From: Octopus vulgaris
Taxonomy: Eukaryota
DNA: 64,000 nucleotides
Assembly (NCBI GenBank): GCA_951406725.2
Contig: OX597818.1
Location: 68,448,001-68,512,000, forward strand
Reading direction: 5' to 3'
Shown: positions 1 through 12,489 of the stretch, in pieces
Layout of the letters: each line of letters starts with the position of its first letter
Position numbering within the stretch: position 1 is the first letter of the stretch
The notes under the pieces: generated by a model
Seen by the model: the letters and a program-made list of their open reading frames with translations, nothing else
Databases searched by the model: none
What the model was told of the DNA's origin: nothing
Position numbers and translations under genes: made by a program

Positions 1-386
1 GAGAGTCACACAAGTGCCAGAATCGGGCGCCACTGCGTAGTATCAAGGATTCTAAATTTGCCATCAAGATGTAGGACAAGATACTGTGATAGCCTGGGCT
101 TCAGAGGCCCACAGCTCTTAAATATCCTCCCGCAGAACCTGAGGGACCTGCATGGTGTAGATGCGGATGTCTTTTAAGTAGGACTGGATCTCTTCCTGTC
201 AGGTGTCCCGGATGAACCAACTTCACGGCAGGAGGTGCAGATGAGGGCAGCTGCATCGAACTCTCTCATGCACCAAATGGCAGTTACTAAAAAGCATTCG
301 TGAAGTAAAATCATGTAGCAAACCAAATGGCGGTGCCCCAGCATGGCCACAGCTCATGAGCTGAAACTGGAAAAATCAATCAATCA
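1..386 (+). mobile_element. 3' end of a CR1-group non-LTR retrotransposon (ORF2 C-terminus plus 3' tail)
   Basis: Frame 1 reads ...SLGFRGPQLLNILPQNLRDLHGVDADVF*VGLDLFLSGVPDEP...RAAASNSLMHQ, typical of CR1-group RT C-termini, with one stop. It ends in a hairpin tail and (ATCA)n. Confidence 0.7.
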
Positions 387-436
387 TACATATACATATA
401 CATATATACATATACATTCATCTATATTATTTATTT

Positions 437-469
<33 letters not shown>

Positions 470-817
470 CGAGTGGGTCAACAAAGAAGGGCACTCACCA
501 TATTTCTTGTGAGTTACATGTCTGGATCAAAACAGTTTGATTCAAATTCGTTGATACTCCGAGTATCTCAAGCGTGAAACTAATCTTCAGCCATTCAAAT
601 TCAAAATGCCTAAAGATTAGCATCATGTCTGAAGCCCTCGCAGTACTAATGAATTTGAATCAAACTGTTTTGATGCATATATTTATATACATACACACAC
701 ACACACTCACACACATACACATATATATATAATATATATACATATATATATATATACACATACACACACACATATATAAATATATATACATATATAGACA
801 CGCTGTAGCTGTTTATA

Positions 818-1172
818 GGCGCAGTGTGACTGAATGGTAAGAAGCTTGCTACCCAACCACATGGTTTGAGGTTCAGTCCCACTGCGTGGCACCTTCTGGC
901 CGACCTAAGTCTTGTAAGTTGATTTCTTAGATGGAAACTGAAAGAAGCCCATCGTAATATATATATATGTATATATGTGTGTATGTTTGTGTGTGTGTGT
1001 CTGTGATTTGTTCCCCCAAACATCGCTTGACAGCTGATGTTGTGTTTACATCCCTTGTAACTTAACAGTTCGCCAAAAGTAATCAATAGAATAAGTGCTG
1101 GGGTTCATTTGTTTGACTAAAGGTGGTGCTGCATCATGGCAGCACTCAAATGCCCAAATAAGTAAAAGAATA
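818..1172 (+). mobile_element. tRNA-derived SINE, family 1 (internal microsatellite, CR1-like tail)
   Basis: A-box-like TGACTGAATGG, B-box GGTTCAGTCCC, conserved body, internal (TA)/(TG) tract; about 12 related copies in the window. Confidence 0.85.
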
Positions 1173-2025
1173 TATATACATATGTATGTATGTTTATATG
1201 TGTGTGTGTGTGCGTGTGTATGTGTGTGTGTAAGAGAGAGAGTGTCTATGTCTGTGTATAAACTTAGTGTGTGTGTATATATACGCGCACGTGCATGTGG
1301 GTTTGTGTGTGAATCCATACTTCTGTATCTTAGAATATATATCAGGATTTAGTCCGGCTGAAATATTCAGTTCACCTTTCCACACAAAGATTTTCTGTTT
1401 AACATTCGCAGCGTGGAGGGTGTTTATTAGCCATTTAAAACACGCAAAAACCGTTAGATTTACTTCAACCGGAATTTTGTCAGTGAACAGGTCGCGGTCT
1501 CAAAGCGACGAAAATATTTTGGCAAAATAAATTTAAATGTTAAAGTGAATCTAACGGATTTTGTGTGTTGCAATTGTTTTTGTTCCAACACATGATCTCA
1601 GATCAGGTCACTTTCTATGCAAGTACATGTCCGTAATTTTCTGTTTATTCATCCGTCAATTTGGTAGCATCCACTAAATGTAAGTTCGTGCCTTGCTTAT
1701 ACCATCATATTCTTGTAAGTTTGACCCTTTTCAGTGGTCAAAATTTTCAAACATTCAAAGAATACCGTTAAAAAACTGACCATTTAAAAACACTACATTT
1801 TTCTTACCCCTCCCACCTTTTTCCTATGCTTCTCTTCTTTCATTCTTTCTCTTTAAAATTGCTTCTCTTTTATCTTTCTTTCTATTTCTCAGATTTATTA
1901 ATTTTTCATTGCTTTTTGACTTTTTAAAATTTTTATGTTTTATTTTTATATATTTCTCTTTCCATTTTCACGTTTTATTTTTATGTATTTCTCTTCTTTC
2001 CTTTTTGCTGTATATAGAGCAGTGT

Positions 2026-2387
2026 GAGGTGCAATGGCGCAGTGGTTAGGGCAGTAGCCCCTCGGTTATAAGATCCGGTTTCGATTCCCAGACTGGGCGT
2101 TATGAGTGTTTATTGAACGAAAACACAAAGTTCCACGAGGTTCCGGAAGGGAGGGGTGTGGCGAACCCTGCTCTACTCTTTCACTCTTTCTTCCTGTTTC
2201 TGTTGTACCTGTATTTCAAAGGGTCAGCCTTGTCACACTCTGTGTCACGCTGGATCTCCCCGAGAACTACGCTAAGGGTACAAGTATCTGTGGAGTGCTC
2301 AGCCACTTGCACGTTAATTTCACGAGCAGGCTGTTCCGTTGATCGGATCACTGGAACCCTCTTCGTTGCAACCAACGGAGGGCAGTC
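2026..2387 (+). mobile_element. tRNA-derived SINE, family 2 (head + middle X + tail A)
   Basis: TGGCGCAGTGG A box, GTTTCGATTCC B box; body matches copies at 26490 and 29945. Confidence 0.85.
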
Positions 2388-2731
2388 TTTCCAGTCTTTC
2401 GTTCTTCCTTAGCTTGTTTCACTCATTCTTCTCTTTTCTCTTCCTCTATTTGTTTCTTTCCCGCCTCCCTTTCGCTTCTTCGATCGTCCTTTTTTATATC
2501 TCTCTGTTCTTTCTACACCCCATTACAAAATACGTCACTGTCTACCCAAATTCAGACTTTAGCTCTCCGTAATATAATGCAATTAATTCTTCCCCAATGA
2601 TACCTTATGGCGAAGCATCCAATTGCCCTTGGAACATTTAATGCAGATTTCAAAGCAAACACAACCGTGAAACGTACGTCGGAACAAATTATATAATCTT
2701 ATGTTCATCATAATTATCATGTATGCTTATA

Positions 2732-2876
<145 letters not shown>

Positions 2877-3079
2877 CTAAACATTAATATAAACAGCTAG
2901 GAACTAGGCGCAATGTGATACGATAAAGGAAAATTTTAATCGTCACTAACTGTGACTAAGGTTGCCAAAGCAACTACATTGCTAGAAATAAGAGTTAAAT
3001 GACTCTTAGTTCTGTAAGAAGAATCCAAATATATACATATATTGACAGAGGAGATAACCTCTCCATGACTGTAGCTAAG

Positions 3080-3132
3080 ACCAACAGAATAGGCCTAGTT
3101 TCGCCCATACTGTAGGCATCGTCAGTGGTGGT
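3080..3132 (-). ncRNA. Degenerate minimal type I hammerhead ribozyme (Penelope-like remnant)
   Basis: Minus strand: ACCACCA CTGACGA T GCC-loop-GGC GAAA CTAGGCCTAT TC TGTTGGT. One mismatch in stem I and one in the palindromic stem III. Confidence 0.55.
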
Positions 3133-3293
3133 TCGTTGCAAACGGCTGGTGGTCGGTTAATTCCATCTGCCAGCATTAAATTCTTTAAACATTTTTTTTT
3201 TTGCAATTGTCTGATAATACAGACATAGACTTAACCAAATGCATAAAAAAATTAACATAGATATTTTTTTCACCTTTGTTACAATCATCTGAA

Positions 3294-4379
3294 ATGGAAC
3301 TTTCAAAGCACGATATTCGAGCAATTTAGCTATTTCAACTTCAAAAAAAGGACGTAGAGTAGCTGGATCTGCTCGTGATTTCAACGAAACCCTTGGTGAG
3401 GAAATGACCAGTGAGTGCGCAGTTCGAAAATGGTTTAAACGGTTTCACGGTGGAGACGTGAGCCTCGAAAGGTCGTGAGCGTAATGGACGCCCGTCTGTT
3501 ATCGATGACCGCAAATTAAAGACCGTCATTGAGAAAGATCCACGTAAAAACCACTGGAGAACTGGCAAAAGGACTTCAAGGTAGCCAGAAAACTGCCTGC
3601 AATAATTTGCATGCAATCGGTAAATCAAAAAGCTTGACAAATGGGTACCACACGATTTGAATGAAATTTAGAAAATGCACAGATATGAAATTTGCTCGTC
3701 GCTTCTTCTCCGTACCAACACCGATCCATTTCTCGACCTTATTGTAACTTGCGATGAAAAGTGGATTCTGCACAATAATAAAAAAACGTTTTTCGCAGTG
3801 GTTGAATCAAAATGAAGCACCGAAAACCTTCCTTAAACCCAAGCTCTTCAAAAGAAAGGTTACGGTGACTGCTTGATGGTGTACTGCTGGACTCCTCGAC
3901 TATAGCTTCTTAAAATATGGTAAAACCATTACTGCAGAAACATATTGTCATAAAATTACTAAAATGAACGAAAAACTGCTACTCCTTTGTCTCAGACTGC
4001 TCAACAGAAGAGGGCGAATCATTCTTCATGACAATGCTCGAATACACATTTCACTAATGATGCTCAACAAGTTGAGGGAACTCGGCTACTATATTCTTTC
4101 CCACACAGCTTATTCCTCAGACCTTTCTCCTACCGACTACCACTTTTTCCAGCACGTTGATAGTTTCCTGTAAGAGAAGTTCAAAAGTCAAACCGATGTT
4201 GAAAGTGTGTTCAAAGAGTTCATCAGCTCCAGAACTCCAGATTTTAATGCAACCGGAATAAACAAACTTGTAACATGTTGACTGCAATGGTACTTACTTT
4301 GATGAATAGAATTTCTACATTGTTGAAATATTTTGTGATGAATTTCATGTTTCAAAACGTTGCTTACCTCTTGCTCAAC

Positions 4380-4383
<4 letters not shown>
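3294..4383 (+). pseudogene. Decayed mariner (Tc1/mariner) transposase with right terminal inverted repeat
   Basis: Motifs KWFKRF, GRP, WVPHDL, IVTCDEKWI, HDNAR and YSSDLSPTDYHFF, with several stops and frameshifts. Right end ...CTTACCTCTTGCTCAACCTGA abuts (TA)n. Left TIR not found. Confidence 0.92.
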
Positions 4384-4437
<54 letters not shown>

Positions 4438-4499
4438 ATATATATTAATTTTTTGCGTGTGTATATACACACGCTGAGTGTATATACACACGCTGACAT

Positions 4500-4879
4500 A
4501 GAACCAACGTTTAACACTTTATTTGCAATATCACCGAATCTGGAACTTAACTATGGTCTGTCTATAGCACTTAGTCAGCATTACCTGACACCTTTGGGTC
4601 TCAATGACACCATTATCTCCTCATCAACCTTCTTCTTCTTCTACCCTACCAAGAATTCACAACGACCTCGAACACACAAGTGCAAACAAGGGAGACAGAG
4701 AAAGGCAGAATGCTACTTATATTTGAACACTATACAAATATTACTTTGAAAAAAACTTTTCTTTTAATTTTTCTAAATTTAATTATTTAATTGTTACAGT
4801 TGAAAAGGTCTCAAAATGACCGAAACCGGTACTGAAATGTTCTTTATAAAATTATTTTAGCATTTTCTATCTTGACTTG

Positions 4880-4885
<6 letters not shown>
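4500..4885 (+). mobile_element. Penelope-like element 3' remnant with degenerate hammerhead (4797-4834)
   Basis: LTPLGLN resembles the PxGLN end of Penelope GIY-YIG domains. Downstream CAG TTGAAAA GGTC-loop-GACC GAAA CCGG TA CTG; the element runs into (TA)n. Confidence 0.55.
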
Positions 4886-4973
<88 letters not shown>

Positions 4974-4975
<2 letters not shown>

Positions 4976-5137
4976 CAGATTCTTTCAGTTTCTCTCTACC
5001 GAATCCACTTACAAGATTTTTGTCAGCCTGTAGCTACTGAAAGAAAACATTTGCCCAAGTTGTCACATAGTGGTATGAAATCTGAAAACCACCCCATTAT
5101 TAGGCAGACCATTAAACCCAAGAGCTATGCCTGCGCC
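4974..5137 (-). mobile_element. SINE family 1, 5' half, degenerate
   Basis: Reverse complement matches head and body of family 1. Confidence 0.7.
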
Positions 5138-5589
5138 AACATGTATTTCCATTTCATCATATAACATACATTTTAATCAGTCCACAAAAGAAATGTCATC
5201 GAGACCCCAAAATCTCGGTCAGCAGAAAATATTTTCTTCCATAAAAAGACTGCAGTTGTAAATAATAATCTTGCTGGTATCTGTATTTATTATTTTAACA
5301 TTGTTTTGTAAATAGAAAGCTTAAAATATGTTAACAATGCATATTTGGATGATTTCCTTTTGGCATTTAACCTCGAAAGAAAGATAAATTTATATGGAAT
5401 TATGTGACTATTGTTCTTCGTTTCTGTTTTCTTAGAATTTTGCTTGTAATCTGTAGACATAATATGGCTTACTTTGAAGGCCTTAGAGAAATTATTTTTC
5501 TATCATTTGTTATTATCTTTTTTTAATCATTTTTACATCTACATTACACTTAATTCAGAATATATATCGATTATAGATATACGTATACG

Positions 5590-5695
<106 letters not shown>

Positions 5696-5879
5696 ATGAT
5701 TGCGTATATAGACACGCATGCACACACATAGCTACTTTTATGGAATAAAAGTAAAGAAGGGGTAGAAATCAGCCTAACCATTGAAAATAGTTGACATCGC
5801 ATTTTTTTCACCAAAACTCTTTGATTCTCTAACAATCTGTTGTTCATGAAATTGTTGGTTAGACACAAGCTAGCGATAT

Positions 5880-6055
5880 TGGTTTCAAATCTTGACACAA
5901 GGCCATCAATTTCGAGGAGAGAGCTGAGTCAATTACATCGATCCCTGTGCTCGAGGATGAAAAGCAATGTTTTACTCGGTGCAATTTGAACTCAGAACGT
6001 AAAGACGGACGAAAGGCTTAGTAGCATTTCATCCGGGATTAGCCTTTCGTCCGGC
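5880..6055 (-). mobile_element. SINE family 3, degenerate
   Basis: AATTTGAACTCAGAACGT and GGATGAAAAGC match family 3 reversed. Confidence 0.6.
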
Positions 6056-6189
6056 ACGATATCCATGCTAAAATATAAAAGAATAAGTATTACCAGAAGC
6101 GTTCCAGTGGTGACCATCAAGTCATGTATATTCACCTATGAACCGCATTCAACAGCATATACTTATATACTATATCTTTTTGAGATAAG

Positions 6190-6450
6190 ATTTCACTGCC
6201 ATTTGTGGTGGTAGTGATAGTGGTGGTGGAGGAGGTGGTAGTGATAGTGGTGCTGATAGTGGTGAGGGTAGTGGTGGTGGTGGTGGTGGTGGTGGTGATG
6301 GTGACGATGGTGGTGGTAGTGGCAGTGTTGGTGGTGGTGGTGATGATGGTGATGATAATGACGATGACAACCACAACCACTATCTCTCTCTACCTCCTCC
6401 TCATCATCATCCTCATCATCGTCATCGTCATCATCATTTTCCTTGTCTTC
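6190..6450. repeat. Trinucleotide mosaic (GGT/GAT then CAT/CCT)
   Basis: Directly visible; source of the poly-V/T/H ORFs. Confidence 0.9.
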
Positions 6451-6791
6451 CTCGTGTCTCACCCGGTTTAGGACCTGCATCAGCATAACCCAAATTGCCA
6501 TAAACAGGAGTTGCGACTGTGTTGACATATTCACGGCCTCGTGAGTTGATTGGGCGTTTCAGAGACCTGACATCGTTCAAACGCGCTCACAACACGGGAG
6601 TAATATGCACAGCATGACTCGCCCTTCCGAATCTTGCAAAAGTTCACTGAGGACGTCACATGAGTTATAAGCATAAAAAGGGGCCAGTAAAAGGGTCAGG
6701 GATGACATATTCAATACTTTCAATTCACGTCTTGTTTGCGAAACTTTGAAGAAATGAGACGGACATCACTAATGCAAAAATTTAATCCATT

Positions 6792-7225
6792 TATTTTTTA
6801 CTTCTCTCAGAATTTGACTCTAGCCACCCTGGGGCACCACCTTGGAGAATTTTTGTAGAACGAATCTGAATTTTGTTTTCTAGAAGCCAGGTGCTCGTTC
6901 TGTCGGTCTCGTTTGCCGAACCACCAGGTCGAGGACATAAACACGCCAACACCGGTTGTCAAGCAATAGTGACGGACAAGCGCCGACAGAAGCACACACA
7001 AACACATACATAGACACACACACACGCATGTATGTATGTATGTATGTATGTAGGTAGGTAGGTAGGTATTTCGGTCTCTCAGTTTCCGTCAAGCAATTTC
7101 AATCACAAGGCTTTGGTCGGCCGAGGCTATAAATGAAGATACTTGTCGAAGGTGCCACGCTGAGGAACTGAAACCTAGGAAGCGACTTAGGAAACTTAGG
7201 AAGCGACTTCTTACCACGCAACCAC
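6792..7225 (-). mobile_element. SINE family 1
   Basis: Reverse match to family 1 including the internal microsatellite. Confidence 0.8.
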
Positions 7226-7798
7226 CACTAAAAATTCATTATCATTGCTATACAGGTGCAAGTATAGTTGCATGACAAAAGTGTGTGTCTGTGGTGGGGT
7301 GGACTTACCAAACGCAGGGTACTGGAGTTCATTACCACCATAAGGGACTTTGGACAAACGTCTTCTACCAGAGCTAGAGTCGACCAATGCGTTCTTAGAA
7401 GGAAGCTAAAAGGAAGCTTGTTGTGTGTGTGGGGGGAGGGGTGTTTGTGTGTGTGTGTGTATGTCTGTATGTGTGTGGAGGGAGTGAGAGAGGAAGGGAG
7501 AGATAGACGGGCTGAAAGTTAAAGTTCTTTTGCTTTTATGTTTAAATTTGCACCTCTCAGCAATTTAAGCAATTTTATTTCTGCTGTCAACAAAGCAGTC
7601 GCTGGTTTTGTGCCTGCAAATACATGTGGGATAACAAACACCTCACTTGAAAAAGAGGAAGGGTTAGAGACAGGAAAGGTATTCAATAATATATTCGTGT
7701 AACCCATGCCGGCGTGAGGAAAAGGATCCGGCCGCAGACAAACGCTTGTATATTAAAACGATGAAGATGATGATGATGACGATGATGACGACGATGAT

Positions 7799-7833
<35 letters not shown>

Positions 7834-8494
7834 CCATCATCATCATCACCATCATCATCATTACCATCATCGCCTTAACTTTACATCGTTTGTCTGTTTA
7901 ACAAACACTAAAACATAAGCATGAACATACAAACTGCCTTTCTCTCTCCTCTCCCTCTCTTTCTCTCATGCACACGCATACATATACAACAGGCTTCCTT
8001 TCAGTTTCCTTCTACAAAAGGCATTTTAATGGTATTTCAAATGAAATGATACTTTATTACTATTCTTCATAAAAGGTAATTTTAGTTTAAAGAGATTAAT
8101 TTATAACAATTAACAAACAATTAATGAATGTTTGCAATGAATAGTTATTAATTATTTTAAAATATTAATTGCAAGCAGGATTTAAAATTATGAAATCATT
8201 ATTTCACAAACTTCTCAGAAAAATATTTATACACTTGGATCTTTAGCGACTGTGGACGATTCTCCATCTTTCTTCTTTCCGAAATCCATTTCCCCTTTAA
8301 TTAGTGAGGTGTGACGAGAACCGAAACGGATGGGCCGTGCCACACCTAAAATTCTTGAAATATGTAATATCTCAGTATGGTGCCCGTTTGGTAGCATCGA
8401 GAATTGAGAGCTCAAAGAAGGGCAGACACACATACACAAAAACACACACACACACACACATAAACACATACACACAGAGGCAGACAGACATATG

Positions 8495-8793
8495 TTTGTT
8501 CCTTCTCTAGCCACGCCTTGCTCATAAGGGCCGGTTTCCCGGTTTCCTTGGCGTATAGGTTCCCCACCTAGACGGGACGCCGGTCCGTCGCATGTGAGCT
8601 GCAAGATGCAGGAGGAAAGAGTGAGAGAAAGTTGTGGCGAATGAGTCAGCAGAAGTTCGCCATTGACTTCTGCTGGATCCGCGTAGAGCTTAGGTGTTTC
8701 GCTCACAAACACACACATCGCCCAGTTTGAGATTCGAACCTGCGATCCCGCGACCACGAGTCCGCTGCCCTAACCACTAAGCCATGTGCGTCC
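8495..8793 (-). mobile_element. SINE family 2 (head + middle X + V-like tail B)
   Basis: Minus strand TGGCTTAGTGG / GGTTCGAATCT boxes; tail GCGACGGACCGGCGTCCCGTC...GGAAACCGGGAAACCGG. Confidence 0.8.
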
Positions 8794-8798
8794 AGACA

Positions 8799-8902
<104 letters not shown>

Positions 8903-8903
8903 T

Positions 8904-8944
<41 letters not shown>

Positions 8945-9289
8945 TAAATATATATCCTTATCAATCATTCTTCATCGTCCCTTAAAGTTCACTTCTCGAT
9001 GCTTGCATGCCTCAAACATACTTTAATGCATGTGCGTATGTATGTACGTACGCATGCACGAATGAATGTATGTATGTGTGTATGATTGTCTGAGTTGCAC
9101 ATATCTAATGCCCTGGTTGTGAATTCTAATTTAGACCCAGTCTAACAGATGGCGATAGACAGGGCATTATAAGTTCTAACGAATTGTCTTTGCAATCATA
9201 ATGAAAGATAATCAAGTATAGAATAACAGCTAAATATATTATCTGCATTCAGAATTATGACACAAAAGCGTCTATTATAATAACTACGT

Positions 9290-9540
9290 AGAGGTGCGTG
9301 GCTAGTTGTAAGGGTGTTAGCACCGTGATCGTAAGATTGTGGTTTCGATTCCTGGACCGGGCGACGAGTTGTGTTCGTGAGCAAAACACTTCATTTCACG
9401 TTGCTTCAGTCCATTGAGCTGGCAAAAATGAGAAACGCTACGATGGACTGGCATCCCGTCCAGCTGGAGAACACATACGCCATAGAAACCGGGAAACCGG
9501 GCCTATGAACCTGGCTAGACTTAAAAAAAAAAAGGCGCAT
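9290..9540 (+). mobile_element. SINE family 2 (head + CORE-like middle + tail B)
   Basis: tRNA head, GAGCAAAACACTTCATTTCAC..GCTGGCAAAAATGAG, GATGGACTGGCATCCCGTCCAG; TATAATAACTAC repeated on both flanks (TSD-like). Confidence 0.8.
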
Positions 9541-10819
9541 TTATATATATATTTTATATAATAACTACATTTAGGAATGATTTCACAAGTTAGCAATATT
9601 CTGGAAGTAATTAATCTACATGTAGATCTCTTGTCGCTTCCATTTCTTTCCCCCTTTTCGTACATTCTCTGAATTACGAACGATCGATAAAAAAGAGGAA
9701 AAAGGCATTCTGTGAATATCTTGTAAAACTTTTAATCTACTTTAGAATATTTTTTGCGTTGGGTTATGTCGTACCGACGATTCCAGATAAGAATGAAATG
9801 GCGCTTAACATGACTTCCAATTACAATGAGTAAAAAATATATATATATATATATAGAAGAGATTTGTAATGAGTAGAAAAGAATATAATATTATTTATTG
9901 TGCACATTCTGTGAATTTTCACTGCATTTAAGTTCAAAATTCGAAGATCTCACCTCACCATGATTGAAGATTTATTTAGAAATAATTATATTCCTGACAA
10001 CATCTGCGACACTCCATGAGCTGACTGTGAATTCTAAATTATTTCCACAGGATCCGCTGGTGATTGCCAAGACGATACGTGTTCGAGGAAATTGTCCCTA
10101 TCAGCATGAACAAGTATAAACACCAATGGAATATCAGCTGAAATATATTACCTAAACTCGGAATGTGGGCACCAAAATTAGTTTGGGAAATTTATTTAGA
10201 GCCAGGATTACTACAAGTTTTATGAACTTTTTTCATGATGTAGAAATTAGAACACTTCGCTTTTTGTTTTGTTTCTCTTCTCCTTTCTCTCTCAATTACT
10301 GAACTGTAAACGATCTTGATTTAGATACAAAATTTCAGAAAGAATCCATTAAATCTCTTGAGATCTATCAAGCTTTGTATAATGATTAATTCACTAAAAT
10401 ATATTTGCCTCCGGATGTGTCATTCTGATAATTCTGAATAAGGATGAAATGGTGCTGTAAATGGCTACAAATGACTATGAGTAAAAACTACATAAAATTA
10501 TTAAATATTCGTATTCATTGCATATTTTTGTTACACTGAAATTTAAAATACGTAATTTAGGATTTATCTAGAATTTAAAATACATGATTTAAGATTTATC
10601 TAGAAGCGATTATCTGCCTTACAATAAATATAGTAAGGGCTCCGCGTGTTCAAACTAGTCTGGCTGTGAAGTCACATTATATCCACACAAACTAATGGTG
10701 ACGGCGCAGGGGTTTGCATCCGAAGATATTTGCTCTGCAAATATAATGGAGGATGTTTTATCAACGCCAAGAATGAAACTCAATAAACGATTCGTGAATT
10801 TTGTTTGCAGTCAAAAATA

Positions 10820-11420
10820 TCTTTTATCTCTTATTTGTTTCGGCCATTAAACTGCGGCTTTGCTGGGGCACCGACTTGAATTTTTAGCCGAATGGTCGAC
10901 TGCGGTACATTTGTTTTTAAATCCTAATACTCATTCAATCGGTATCTTTTGTCGAACTGCTGAAATTACGGGGACGTAAACACCGACATTAGTTGTCAAG
11001 GGGTGGTGGAGGAAAACTCGGATACAATGACACACACATACTCAAACACATACATGCATGACGCCATGATAGATCGTTAGCTCCTACACGCATTTTGCTC
11101 TCCTTTTCTGTGTATCTTTCTGTCGAAGAGCGTAGGCTCGAAACGTGAAAGACTTTTTCTATTCCTGAGCGCTATACTAATACATTTGTTTGTTTGTACT
11201 CCACCTGCCTTCGTCTTTTGTTTATATTCGTAAAAATTTCCCTTTATATATATATATATACGCCCGGCTGCTTTCAGTTTCCCTCTACTAAATCCACTCA
11301 CAAGACTTTGGTCGGTCTGAGGCTATAGCAGAAAATACTAGCCGAAGTTTCCACGGAGTGTGACTAAATCCGGAGCCATATGGTTGGAAAGTAAGCTCTT
11401 TACAACGTAGCTATGCCTGG
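10820..11420 (-). mobile_element. SINE family 1 with a nested insertion at 11062-11245
   Basis: Both halves match family 1; a foreign segment sits in the internal microsatellite. Confidence 0.8.
11062..11245 (+). mobile_element. Short hammerhead-bearing insertion (Penelope-like terminal fragment); motif at 11115-11152
   Basis: TCTTT CTGTCGA A GAGC-GTAG-GCTC GAAA CG TG AAAGA, then TTCCTGAGCG, ending in (TA)n; relative at 20220-20430. Confidence 0.55.
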
Positions 11421-12256
11421 GAAGATTTCAATAGTTAGAATTCCTTAAAATTAATTAATAATTTGTAAAACTCTTCAATCCCTACGTCCACCTCTGTCCT
11501 CTCACTTATTTAACTATGAAGCTCTATGAGTTAAAATAAAAAAAAAGAACAAAAGCATTCATAGAATATTATCCGAAATCTCTCGGTTTGTATAATGCTG
11601 AATTTTGTTGAAAAATATGTTATTTGGATTAGGTCAAGTTCATAATTCCAGTTAAGGATGAAATTGCGCTATATATAACTAACAATGATTATAAAATATT
11701 TAGGAAATATGTAATGAGAAGAAAAAGTATATAATTATGAAATAGAGGTATTCCGGGCATCTTCGTTGTTATTGTTATATCTAAAACTGAAACTTCTCAC
11801 ACTCTAATTTAGGACTTATCTCCGTTATAAATTTAGCCACCATGACTCCATGTCCTCAGACAATTCTGGATATGGTCTCTAATTTATATCTACACAAACT
11901 AATGGCTGTAGCTTATATTCCCGAAGAAATTGTCTCTGTCAATATAAAGAGGCATAATCATCTACCGAACGGCAACTAAATTATATTATCTACGACCGGA
12001 ATGATGGCATACCAAAAGCGGTTTGTGAAATTTGTTAGTAATCAAGACTGTTATAGAAACAACATTTAGAAATTCCCTGGAAGTAATTGAACTGAAAGTA
12101 GATCTCTTCTTTTCCTTTCTTCTCTTTTCCCTTCTCTATCTCTTGCTGAACTATAAACGATCTTTGAAGGAAAACAAGAAAGAAAAACCAACTCACTAGT
12201 TGAATACTTTGTAGGCAATCTCGCTGCAGTAAATGATAATATTTAGTGTAAAATAT

Positions 12257-12489
12257 TTTATTTCTTTACTGCCTACAAGGAGCTACACATAGAGGGGACA
12301 AACAAGGATAGACAAACGGAGTAAGTTGATTATATCGATCCCAGTGCGTAACTGGTACTTATTCGATCGACCCCGAAAGAATGAAAGGCAAAGTCAACCT
12401 CGGCGGTTTTGAACTCAGAACGTAGCGGCAGACGAAATACCGCTAGGCATTTCGCCCGACGTGCTAACGCTTCTGCCAGCTCCCCGCCT
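12257..12489 (-). mobile_element. SINE family 3 (Meta-domain-like) with 15-bp TSD
   Basis: Minus strand GCCTTTCATTCTTTCGGGGTCGAT..AAGTACCAG; TSD TTTAGTGTAAAATAT at 12242-12256 and 12490-12504. Confidence 0.9.

Noticed and set aside
10050-11960. Cysteine-rich peptide exons in the tandem array (SAGDCQDDTCSRK, VCIRRYLLCKYNGGC, GCSLYSRRNCLCQY)
   Set aside because: The AG acceptor is present in only one unit, and frame and cysteine positions are not conserved between units.
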